Below are positions 48,207 through 56,413 of a stretch of DNA of 64,000 bases, piece after piece. Under the pieces are notes generated by a model. The model was not told the origin of the DNA, did not search any database, and saw nothing but the letters and a program-made list of their open reading frames with translations. Position 1 is the first letter of the stretch. Every line of letters begins with the position of its first letter. The DNA is from Escherichia phage FP43. Position numbers and translations under genes: made by a program. Location of the stretch: the sequence record MN648445; one strand, 5' to 3'.

Positions 48207-48226
48207 AATTGAGCCAAGAGGTACTT

Positions 48227-48784
48227 ATGACTGAACAAAAACCTAAAAATAACTATGTGAATAATAAAGAGCTTCTCGCCGCTATAATCGAGTGGAAAAA
48301 GGAGCTCTTAAATAATAAAGACCCAAACAAAATTATTCGTCAGAATGATACCATCGGTTTAGCAATTATGCTTATCGCCGAAGGCCTGTCCAAACGTTTC
48401 AACTTTTCAGGATATACCCAGTCTTGGAAGCAGGAGATGATTGCAGATGGGATTGAAGCCTCTATTAAGGGACTTCATAATTTCGACGAAACTAAGTACA
48501 ATAACCCACATGCATACATAACTCGAGCTTGTTTTAATGCTTTTGTCCAACGTATCAAAAAAGAACGTAAGGAAGTTGCAAAGAAATATAGTTACTTCGT
48601 TCATAATGTCTACGACAGTCATGACGATGATATGGTAGCGTTGGTAGATGAAACGTTTATTCAAGACATCTACGATAAAATGACGCATTATGAAGAATCC
48701 GCTTATAAAGCTCCTGGGGCTGAAAAGAAGGAAGTTGTTAGCGATTCGCCTAGTTTGGATTTTTTATATGAGGATGACAATTGA
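48227..48784 (+). CDS. 55: Late-transcription sigma factor gp55
   Basis: 185 aa, [27 protein letters not shown]...; recognised T4 gp55 pattern. Confidence 0.88.
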   Translation: MTEQKPKNNYVNNKELLAAIIEWKKELLNNKDPNKIIRQNDTIGLAIMLIAEGLSKRFNFSGYTQSWKQEMIADGIEASIKGLHNFDETKYNNPHAYITRACFNAFVQRIKKERKEVAKKYSYFVHNVYDSHDDDMVALVDETFIQDIYDKMTHYEESAYKAPGAEKKEVVSDSPSLDFLYEDDN

Positions 48785-48983
48785 CATCTCTAACTACTTA
48801 GAAGAACCTTTTGACGAAGCAATCCCTTATTTGGTAAAACTGTTGGGTCGTGAATTTAAAATTAATTTTGACATCGACCCTTTGAACCCACATGACGTGT
48901 CATTTTCGATAAATGGGACTCCAGTTGAGTACGAGTTCTGTATTGAAGAGGATGGACGTTTTTATTTTAATTTAATGAGATAA
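48768..48983 (+). CDS. Small hypothetical protein
   Basis: 71-aa ORF overlapping the end of gene 55. Confidence 0.35.
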   Translation: MRMTIDISNYLEEPFDEAIPYLVKLLGREFKINFDIDPLNPHDVSFSINGTPVEYEFCIEEDGRFYFNLMR

Positions 48984-48984
48984 T

Positions 48985-49308
48985 ATGACTACCGAGATTA
49001 TTGAAAATAAAGAAGCAGAAGATGCAGTAGCTAAAATGCTACAAGAAATCCAAAAGAAAAATGAAGCTGAAGCACGTAAAAAATCCGAAAAGATTCTTAA
49101 AAAGAATCGTTTTGAACTAAACCGTCTTTATGCACATGCTCAAGAAGCAGCAATTCAAAACAACTTCGAAGCTTACGAATATGCTATTAAGAAATCTCGG
49201 GATATTCTACGACAACCATATAATGACAAGTTAATTAAAATCCAGTGGATTACTACTCGTCAGGCTATTGAGGACATCATTAATGGCGCTAGTTCAAACA
49301 AAGTTTAA
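48985..49308 (+). CDS. Hypothetical protein
   Basis: 107-aa Lys/Glu-rich ORF. Confidence 0.4.
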   Translation: MTTEIIENKEAEDAVAKMLQEIQKKNEAEARKKSEKILKKNRFELNRLYAHAQEAAIQNNFEAYEYAIKKSRDILRQPYNDKLIKIQWITTRQAIEDIINGASSNKV

Positions 49309-49489
49309 ACGTCTGAAGCTGAACGCAGGGTTCTCCCTTAAATTGGGAGGTCCTCTTTGTGTTAAAATTTCTGAAAAGGAATATCACGACGGTTCTATTA
49401 CAGAAATTTGTCCGCCTATTGTAAAGGCAGACCCAAAACAACTCGTGTGGGTCGATTCATTTCAAGTTAAGAAATGGTGGAAACGATGA
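49283..49489 (+). CDS. Small hypothetical protein
   Basis: 68-aa ORF from ATG 49283. Confidence 0.35.
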   Translation: MALVQTKFKRLKLNAGFSLKLGGPLCVKISEKEYHDGSITEICPPIVKADPKQLVWVDSFQVKKWWKR

Positions 49490-49528
49490 GAGAAATTGAT
49501 TTAGGCATTTTCTGAGAGGTGCTTATGC

Positions 49529-49702
49529 ATGACGAACATCCCGACTTCTGAAAATTTCGATAAAATCCGTAAAGGCAAAGCAGAAAGAATGAGACGTTTT
49601 AAAGAGTCTTATGATAAAGCTAAAGCCGAAGGAACTATTACATACAAGCCCATTCGATTTAAAAGTTCAAATGAGCCTCTGTACGGTGTACTATGTGGAT
49701 AG
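49529..49702 (+). CDS. Small basic hypothetical protein
   Basis: 57-aa ORF (MTNIPTSENFDKIRKGK...) with GAGAGG RBS, ending at a strong terminator; below the ORF-track cutoff. Confidence 0.4.
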   Translation: MTNIPTSENFDKIRKGKAERMRRFKESYDKAKAEGTITYKPIRFKSSNEPLYGVLCG

Positions 49703-49727
49703 GAACTCTTCGGAGTTCCTTTTTTTG
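49702..49727 (+). terminator. Rho-independent terminator
   Basis: GGAACTC-TTCG-GAGTTCC followed by T7. Confidence 0.8.
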
Positions 49728-49772
49728 CTTTATAAACGGATGATAAAATGAATTAACTAATGAGGAAATAAT

Positions 49773-50792
49773 ATGAAAATTTTGCACTTAGGCGACTTCC
49801 ATATCGGAGTCAAACAAGACGACCCATGGGTTCAAGATATTCAACGTGATGGTATTCGACAAGCAATTGAATACTCTAAGAAACACGGGATTAAAACTTG
49901 GATTCAGTACGGTGATTGGTTTGACGTCCGTAAAGCAATAACACATCGTACAATGGAATTCAATCGTGAAATCGTTGATATGATTTCTAAAGCAGGCATT
50001 CACGTTCATGTCACGATAGGAAACCATGACATGGCGTTTAAGAATACAATAACACCTAACACTGTTTCTGAATTGTTAACTCAATTTGAAAACTTTACTA
50101 TTTACGAGCATCCAACTACTGTAGATTTTGACGGATGTCTGATTGATATCGTTCCATGGATGTGTGAAGAAAATACAGGTGAAATCTTAGAGCACATCAA
50201 GACTTCTTCTGCTGCGTATTGTGTTGGTCACTGGGAACTGAACGGTTTTTATTTCTATAAAGGAATGAAGTCCCATGGGCTTGAACCTGATTTCTTAAAG
50301 ACCTATAAACAAGTCTGGTCCGGCCACTTCCACACAATCTCTGAAGCTGCTAACGTCAAATATATTGGGACACCATGGACCCTTACTGCAGGTGACGAGA
50401 ACGACCCACGTGGATTCTGGGTATTCGACACTGATGTTGAACGTATGGAATTTATTCCTAATGAAACAACATGGCATCGACGAATCACTTATCCGTTTAA
50501 AGGCAAAATCAATTATTCTGATTATACTAATCTAGCCGTACGTGTTATAGTATCAGAAATTGATTCAGAGTTGACTAAATTTGAATCTGAACTTGAAAAA
50601 GTAGTTCACTCTCTTCGTATGGTTTCTAAAGTTGATAACAGTGTTGAATCTGATGACGACCAGGAAATCGAGATTAAATCACTTCAAGATATCATTAAAG
50701 AATATATTGACGCGATTCCAGATATCTCAGACGAAGACAGAGAAGCGCTGGTCAAATATTCCAACGAACTTTATATTGAGGCAACACAATGA
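49773..50792 (+). CDS. 47: Recombination endonuclease subunit gp47 (Mre11-like)
   Basis: 339 aa; phosphoesterase motifs GDFH and GNHD; T4 gp47 size. Confidence 0.88.
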   Translation: MKILHLGDFHIGVKQDDPWVQDIQRDGIRQAIEYSKKHGIKTWIQYGDWFDVRKAITHRTMEFNREIVDMISKAGIHVHVTIGNHDMAFKNTITPNTVSELLTQFENFTIYEHPTTVDFDGCLIDIVPWMCEENTGEILEHIKTSSAAYCVGHWELNGFYFYKGMKSHGLEPDFLKTYKQVWSGHFHTISEAANVKYIGTPWTLTAGDENDPRGFWVFDTDVERMEFIPNETTWHRRITYPFKGKINYSDYTNLAVRVIVSEIDSELTKFESELEKVVHSLRMVSKVDNSVESDDDQEIEIKSLQDIIKEYIDAIPDISDEDREALVKYSNELYIEATQ

Positions 50793-51046
50793 CTTTAGAT
50801 GAATTTAACAATGCTGGGCTAGGGCTTGAAGTTGAAATAGACGTTAAAGATGATGATGGATTCGAGAACACTATCAAGTATTGGATTGAGCCATTACGCG
50901 TTGAAGGCAATGAAGTTAAAGCCGTTCATGTCTGTACCGACTGGGCTATTGAATTTAGCTTTAATATAATGGACAACGATACTCCTAGCTCTATTCTTAA
51001 AATGGCTGAAGCGTGTATTGAGGATGCGTATAATGACGAAGACTGA
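50789..51046 (+). CDS. Hypothetical acidic protein
   Basis: 85-aa ORF between 47 and 46. Confidence 0.4.
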   Translation: MTLDEFNNAGLGLEVEIDVKDDDGFENTIKYWIEPLRVEGNEVKAVHVCTDWAIEFSFNIMDNDTPSSILKMAEACIEDAYNDED

Positions 51047-51272
51047 CTATGAAATCCATCGTCACGAATTTAGTATTGGCGACGGTTATATTGGTATCGT
51101 TGAATGGACTGAGAATTACGAGGAATCAACTCCTCGTTTCTTTGGAACAATGTATGTTATCTGTGAGTACGCACCAGGTGTTGTTATGTATGCAGAACTA
51201 GATGAATATTTTGCTGATAGGGATGACATGTTAAAATATGTAGAGGACTTCATTCGAAGAGAATACATATGA
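51033..51272 (+). CDS. Hypothetical protein
   Basis: 79-aa ORF from ATG 51033. Confidence 0.4.
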   Translation: MTKTDYEIHRHEFSIGDGYIGIVEWTENYEESTPRFFGTMYVICEYAPGVVMYAELDEYFADRDDMLKYVEDFIRREYI

Positions 51273-52957
51273 AATCATTTAAATTAAATCGTGTTCGTTA
51301 TCAAAACATCATGTCGGTAGGTGGGAATCCTATTGATATCCAATTAGATAAAGTCCAAAAGACATTAATCACTGGTAAAAATGGTGGTGGTAAATCTACG
51401 ATGTTAGAAGCCATTACTTTCGGACTTTTCGGTAAACCATTTCGTGATGTTAAGAAAGGACAAATCATTAATAGCACGAACAAGAAAGAGCTCTTAGTTG
51501 AGCTTTGGATGGAATTCGATGATAAAAAATACTTCATTAAACGAGGCCAAAAGCCCAATATTTTCGAAATCTCCGTTGACGGTGTTCGTCTTGATGAATC
51601 TGCCAGCAGTCGCGACTTCCAAGAAGAATTTGAACGTAGCATCGGAATGTCATACGCGTCTTTTAAACAGATCGTTGTGCTTGGGACGGCAGGGTATACC
51701 CCTTTCATGGCTCTTAGCACCCCTGCTCGTAGAAAACTTGTCGAAGACCTTTTAGAAGTAGGCACACTCGCTGAAATGGATAAAATCAATAAGTCTCAAG
51801 TTCGAGAACTTAATTCCCAGGGACAAGTTCTCGATGCTAAGAAAGATGGTGTTATCCAACAAATTAAGATTTATAACGAGAATATCGAACGTCAAAAGAA
51901 ATTATCTGGCGATAATGTAGCGCGTCTACAGAATATGTATGACGACCTGGCTAAAGAAGCTCGGTCATTAAAAGCAGAAATCGAAGAAGCTAATGAGCGA
52001 CTACTTAATATCGTTCTTGATGAAGACCCTACTGAGGCATTCAATAAGATAGGACAAGAAGCATTCTTGATTAAATCTAAAATTGACTCATATAACAAAG
52101 TTATTAAGATGTATCATGATGGCGGTACATGTCCTACTTGCGCATCACAGTTGCACCAGGGTGATCCTATTGTCTCTAAGATTACCGATAAGCTTCATGA
52201 ATGTAATCACTCATTCGAGCAACTTACCTGCCACAGAGATAATCTGAGTGTCCTAGTGGACGAATATAGAGCTAATGTTAAGACTAAGCAGGACCTTGCA
52301 TCTGATATTCGTACCAAGAAACAAGCAATGATTGCCACTATTGATAAAGCTAAGAAAGTTAAAGCTGCAATAGAGCAAGCCTCGGCAGAATTTATCGACC
52401 ATGCCGATGAGATAGCTTTGCTTCAAAAAGAACTTGATAAAATCATTAAAACAAAATCAGATATCGTTCTTGAAAAATACCATCGTGGTATTATCACAGA
52501 TATGTTAAAAGATTCTGGTATTAAAGGTGCTATCATTAAAAAATATGTGCCTCTGTTCAACAAGCAGATTAACCATTATCTTAAAATCATGGAAGCCGAT
52601 TACGTGTTTTCTATTGATGAAGAATTCAATGAATCTATAAAATCACGTGGTCGTGAAGAGTTCAGTTATGCTTCATTTAGTCAAGGTGAAAAAGCACGTA
52701 TCGATATTGCACTGTTGTTTACATGGCGAGATATTGCTGAAAAGGTCTCTGGTGTTAAAATCAACACGTTGATTCTTGATGAGGTTTTTGACGGCGCTGT
52801 AGATTCTGAAGCTGTTAAGGCTATAGATACCATTCTTGGAAGTTTACAAAATACTAACGTGTTCATTATCTCTCATCGAGACCATGACCCTCAACGTTAT
52901 GGACAACATCTTCAGATGAGTAAAGTTGGACGATTTACTGTAATGACTGTTTCATAA
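51269..52957 (+). CDS. 46: Recombination endonuclease subunit gp46 (Rad50-like ATPase)
   Basis: 562 aa; Walker A GKNGGGKST; central coiled coil; T4 gp46 size. Confidence 0.88.
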   Translation: MKSFKLNRVRYQNIMSVGGNPIDIQLDKVQKTLITGKNGGGKSTMLEAITFGLFGKPFRDVKKGQIINSTNKKELLVELWMEFDDKKYFIKRGQKPNIFEISVDGVRLDESASSRDFQEEFERSIGMSYASFKQIVVLGTAGYTPFMALSTPARRKLVEDLLEVGTLAEMDKINKSQVRELNSQGQVLDAKKDGVIQQIKIYNENIERQKKLSGDNVARLQNMYDDLAKEARSLKAEIEEANERLLNIVLDEDPTEAFNKIGQEAFLIKSKIDSYNKVIKMYHDGGTCPTCASQLHQGDPIVSKITDKLHECNHSFEQLTCHRDNLSVLVDEYRANVKTKQDLASDIRTKKQAMIATIDKAKKVKAAIEQASAEFIDHADEIALLQKELDKIIKTKSDIVLEKYHRGIITDMLKDSGIKGAIIKKYVPLFNKQINHYLKIMEADYVFSIDEEFNESIKSRGREEFSYASFSQGEKARIDIALLFTWRDIAEKVSGVKINTLILDEVFDGAVDSEAVKAIDTILGSLQNTNVFIISHRDHDPQRYGQHLQMSKVGRFTVMTVS

Positions 52958-52959
52958 AC

Positions 52960-52983
52960 GCTTTAACACGATGTGGTTATAAT
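52960..52983 (+). promoter_or_regulatory. Middle-type promoter (MotA-box-like GCTTTA, 12 nt, TATAAT) with GATGTGGT / ACCACATC repeat
   Basis: GCTTTA 52960..52965, TATAAT 52978..52983. Confidence 0.5.
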
Positions 52984-53011
52984 GACCACATCAAATTAAA
53001 TGGAGAACAAC

Positions 53012-53200
53012 ATGGAGTATTCAACCGGACAACATCTTCTTGTTGTCCCTGAAATTAAAAAATATGTTTTGACCAATACGTTTTCAGGTGAAGAACATAT
53101 TGTTACTGAACAAATGCTCAAATCTGCTTTTAAAGATGAGTATAATAAAATAATGTCTAATCGCAATTCCGCATGGACAGTTACTGACTTCTACGAATAA
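53012..53200 (+). CDS. 45.2: gp45.2-like small protein
   Basis: 62-aa ORF from second ATG, in the T4 45.2 position. Confidence 0.55.
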   Translation: MEYSTGQHLLVVPEIKKYVLTNTFSGEEHIVTEQMLKSAFKDEYNKIMSNRNSAWTVTDFYE

Positions 53201-53212
53201 GAGAGAAATAAT

Positions 53213-53629
53213 ATGTTTACTACTGCTAAAGGTTTCACTGCTGCTGATCTGAAAGTTACTTCTATCCGTACTGACGCTAACCCGCATAACCATAATCGTG
53301 TTCGTAAAGCATGGGTCCTGCATTGTGATGACGCAAGTGCTAAAAAGCTTCAATCTTTGCCACAAGAAACTCGTTTTATGATTTATGGTTTTATTGATAA
53401 CGATGTATCTGATATGTGGATTCATCTGATGCGTAAGCACTATAAAGATTCTATTGAAGCCGGTGGAAAAATCGTTCTTGATAAAGATGGTTCTGAGCGT
53501 CTGGAAGATTTCTACTGTGTTGATGCCGACGAACAATTAATTGCAGCTGGCGAAATTGTTGCTTCTAAAATTCCAGAATATATTGAATCACTGCCTGAAG
53601 CTATTAAAAAGCAGATGGTTGCTGCATAA
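53213..53629 (+). CDS. rpbA: RNA-polymerase-binding protein RpbA
   Basis: 138-aa ORF directly upstream of gene 45 as in T4. Confidence 0.6.
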   Translation: MFTTAKGFTAADLKVTSIRTDANPHNHNRVRKAWVLHCDDASAKKLQSLPQETRFMIYGFIDNDVSDMWIHLMRKHYKDSIEAGGKIVLDKDGSERLEDFYCVDADEQLIAAGEIVASKIPEYIESLPEAIKKQMVAA

Positions 53630-53671
53630 TAAATTTGTTATAAACTTTGAATTGTCTTGAAAGGAAATAAA

Positions 53672-54358
53672 ATGAAACTGTCTAAAGATACTATCGCTAT
53701 TCTGAAAAACTTTGCCTCTATTAACTCCGGTATTCTGCTGAGTCAAGGTAAATTTATTATGACCCGTGCAGTTAATGGCACCACTTATGCGGAAGCAAAT
53801 ATCTCTGATGAAATTGATTTTGACGTAGCACTTTATGATTTGAATAGCTTCTTAAGCATTTTGAGTCTAGTGTCTGACGATGCTGAAATTTCAATGCACA
53901 CTGATGGCAATATTAAAATTGCAGATACACGTTCCACAGTTTATTGGCCTGCTGCCGACAAGAGCACTATTGTTTTTCCTAATAAGCCAATTCAATTCCC
54001 GGTGGCTTCTGTGATTACTGAAATTAAAGCTGAAGACCTTCAACAATTGCTTCGAGTTTCACGTGGTCTCCAGATTGATACAATTGCTATTACAAATAAA
54101 GATGGTAAAATTGTTATCAATGGTTACAATAAAGTTGAAGATTCTGGACTAACTCGTCCTAAGTATTCTTTGACTCTTACCGATTATGACGGTTCTAACA
54201 ACTTTAACTTCGTAATCAATATGGCTAATATGAAAATCCAGCCAGGTAACTATAAAGTAATGTTGTGGGGAGCTGGTGATAAAGTTGCAGCCAAGTTTGA
54301 AAGCTCTCAAGTAAGTTATGTTATTGCGATGGAAGCCGATTCTACTCACGACTTCTAA
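53672..54358 (+). CDS. 45: Sliding clamp gp45
   Basis: 228 aa, MKLSKDTIAILKNFASINSGILLSQGKFIM...; matches RB69/T4 gp45 as recalled. Confidence 0.9.
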   Translation: MKLSKDTIAILKNFASINSGILLSQGKFIMTRAVNGTTYAEANISDEIDFDVALYDLNSFLSILSLVSDDAEISMHTDGNIKIADTRSTVYWPAADKSTIVFPNKPIQFPVASVITEIKAEDLQQLLRVSRGLQIDTIAITNKDGKIVINGYNKVEDSGLTRPKYSLTLTDYDGSNNFNFVINMANMKIQPGNYKVMLWGAGDKVAAKFESSQVSYVIAMEADSTHDF

Positions 54359-54364
54359 GTCAAA

Positions 54365-54388
54365 GCTTTACGTTTAATGTAGTACGAT
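54365..54388 (+). promoter_or_regulatory. Middle-type promoter upstream of gene 44
   Basis: GCTTTA 54365..54370, 12 nt, TACGAT. Confidence 0.45.
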
Positions 54389-54433
54389 TATGGAGGAGAA
54401 ATCCTCCAGTTTAATGATAATGAGGAAAATTAC

Positions 54434-55396
54434 ATGATTACTATCAATTCCAAAGAGCACATTCTAGAACAGAAATATCGTCCTTCTTCCATTGACGAAT
54501 GTATTCTGCCTGCGTATGACCATGAAACATTCAAGTCTTTAGTATCTAAAGGAAAACTTCCTCATATTATTTTACACTCTCCATCTCCTGGTACCGGTAA
54601 AACAACCGTGGCAAAAGCATTATGTAATGATATCAATGCCGAAATGATGTTCGTCAACGGTTCTGATTGTAAGATTGATTTTGTGCGTGGTCCGTTAACT
54701 GCATTCGCTCGTTCAGTCTCAATGGAAGGCAAGCCTAAAGTTATTGTTATTGATGAATTTGACCGTAGTGGCCTCGCCGAATCACAACGTCACCTTCGTA
54801 CATTCATGGAAGAATTCTCTAGTAACTGCTCTATTATTATCACTGCTAACAATATTGATGGAATTATTGAACCATTACGTAGCCGTTGTCGAGTTATCGA
54901 ATTCGGACGTCCGACTGAAGAAGATAAAATCTCGATGATGAAGAAAATGATTCATCGTATGGTTGAAATCTGTAAGAACGAAAATATCGAAATCGCTGAT
55001 ATGAAAGTTGTTGCAGCTCTGGTTAAAAAGAATTTCCCGGACTTTCGTCGTACAATTGGCCAATTAGACCAGTACTCGTCTAAAGGTGTTCTTGATGCAG
55101 GTATTCTGTCTATCGTAACTAATGACCGTGGCACAGTCTCTGATGTTATCGAAGCAATGAAGAACAAAGATATCAAACAACTTCGTGCATTAGCTCCAAA
55201 ATATGCTGCAGATTATTCATGGTTCATCGATAAATTAGTTTCAGAATGTTATGACCAAGTTGCACCTGGTAAAAGTATTATTTCGCTTTACGAAATTGCA
55301 GGCGAAAATAATAAGTTTCATGGACTAGCAAGTAATATTGAATTACATGTTATGTATATGCTTCTTCAACTGACCTGCGAACTGACTTGGAAATAA
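54434..55396 (+). CDS. 44: Clamp-loader ATPase subunit gp44
   Basis: 320 aa; Walker [10 protein letters not shown]; T4 gp44 size. Confidence 0.9.
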   Translation: MITINSKEHILEQKYRPSSIDECILPAYDHETFKSLVSKGKLPHIILHSPSPGTGKTTVAKALCNDINAEMMFVNGSDCKIDFVRGPLTAFARSVSMEGKPKVIVIDEFDRSGLAESQRHLRTFMEEFSSNCSIIITANNIDGIIEPLRSRCRVIEFGRPTEEDKISMMKKMIHRMVEICKNENIEIADMKVVAALVKKNFPDFRRTIGQLDQYSSKGVLDAGILSIVTNDRGTVSDVIEAMKNKDIKQLRALAPKYAADYSWFIDKLVSECYDQVAPGKSIISLYEIAGENNKFHGLASNIELHVMYMLLQLTCELTWK

Positions 55397-55397
55397 T

Positions 55398-55961
55398 ATG
55401 AACTTATTCGATGATGACGTCCAGCTTAACGAGCACCAAATTGCATGGAAGTCTAATGACGCTGATGCGATTCAAAAATGTGCTGATATGTTTAAAGAAA
55501 AACCTGAGAATGAATTCTTTAAAATCATTAATGCTATTAATGAAAAGAAATCTATGTCAATTGCTCAGGTCGACTACTCAAAATTTATGGTTGAGAACTC
55601 ATTATCCCAGTTCCCAGAATGTATGCCAGCCGTTTACATGATGAACTTAGTCGGTTCTGAATTAAGTGATGAAGCGCACTTCAACTATATGATGGCGGCA
55701 ATTCCGCGTGGTCGTCGATTCTCTAAATGGGCTAAACTAGTCGAAGACACTTCAGAGTTACTAGTTATCAAACTGTTGATGAAACATTACACAATCAACA
55801 TGAATGATGCTACCGAGTATAAGCGGCTCCTTGAAAAAAATAACAAGTTGCCAATAGTCCTTAAAGAACTGAAGGCCATGGTCACTGATGAATTTCTCAA
55901 AGAAGTTACTAAAAACGTAAAAGAACAAAAACAATTTAAAAAATTAGCATTGGAATGGTAA
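55398..55961 (+). CDS. 62: Clamp-loader subunit gp62
   Basis: 187 aa; size and position as T4 gp62. Confidence 0.85.
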   Translation: MNLFDDDVQLNEHQIAWKSNDADAIQKCADMFKEKPENEFFKIINAINEKKSMSIAQVDYSKFMVENSLSQFPECMPAVYMMNLVGSELSDEAHFNYMMAAIPRGRRFSKWAKLVEDTSELLVIKLLMKHYTINMNDATEYKRLLEKNNKLPIVLKELKAMVTDEFLKEVTKNVKEQKQFKKLALEW

Positions 55962-55963
55962 AA

Positions 55964-56332
55964 ATGATTGAAATTAAATTGAAGAACCCTGAAGATTTTC
56001 TGAAAGTCAAAGAGACTTTGACCCGTATGGGCATCGCTAATAACAAGGATAAAGTCCTTTACCAGTCTTGTCATATCCTCCAAAAGCAAGGTAAATATTA
56101 CATCGTCCACTTTAAAGAAATGCTGCGTATGGACGGACGTCAGGTTGATATTGATGGTGAAGACTATCAGCGACGTGATTCGATTGCTCAGTTGCTTGAA
56201 GACTGGGGATTAATTGTTATTGAAGACTCTGCTCGTGAAGATCTGTTTGGCCTGACTAATAACTTCCGTGTTATCTCTTTTAAACAGAAAGATGACTGGA
56301 CTTTGAAAGCAAAATATACAATTGGTAATTAA
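55964..56332 (+). CDS. regA: Translational repressor RegA
   Basis: 122 aa from ATG 55964, MIEIKLKNPEDFLKVKETLTRMGIANNKD... Confidence 0.85.
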   Translation: MIEIKLKNPEDFLKVKETLTRMGIANNKDKVLYQSCHILQKQGKYYIVHFKEMLRMDGRQVDIDGEDYQRRDSIAQLLEDWGLIVIEDSAREDLFGLTNNFRVISFKQKDDWTLKAKYTIGN

Positions 56333-56335
56333 AGC

Positions 56336-56355
56336 AATGGGACTTCGGTCCCATT
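56336..56355 (+). promoter_or_regulatory. UUCG-tetraloop hairpin between regA and gene 43
   Basis: AATGGGAC-TTCG-GTCCCATT 8-bp stem, followed by TATAAT at 56361..56366. Confidence 0.5.
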
Positions 56356-56413
56356 TGGAGTATAATAAGTTCATCAACAAACAAAAGACAATAACTCGTC
56401 TAAAGGAAATTAA

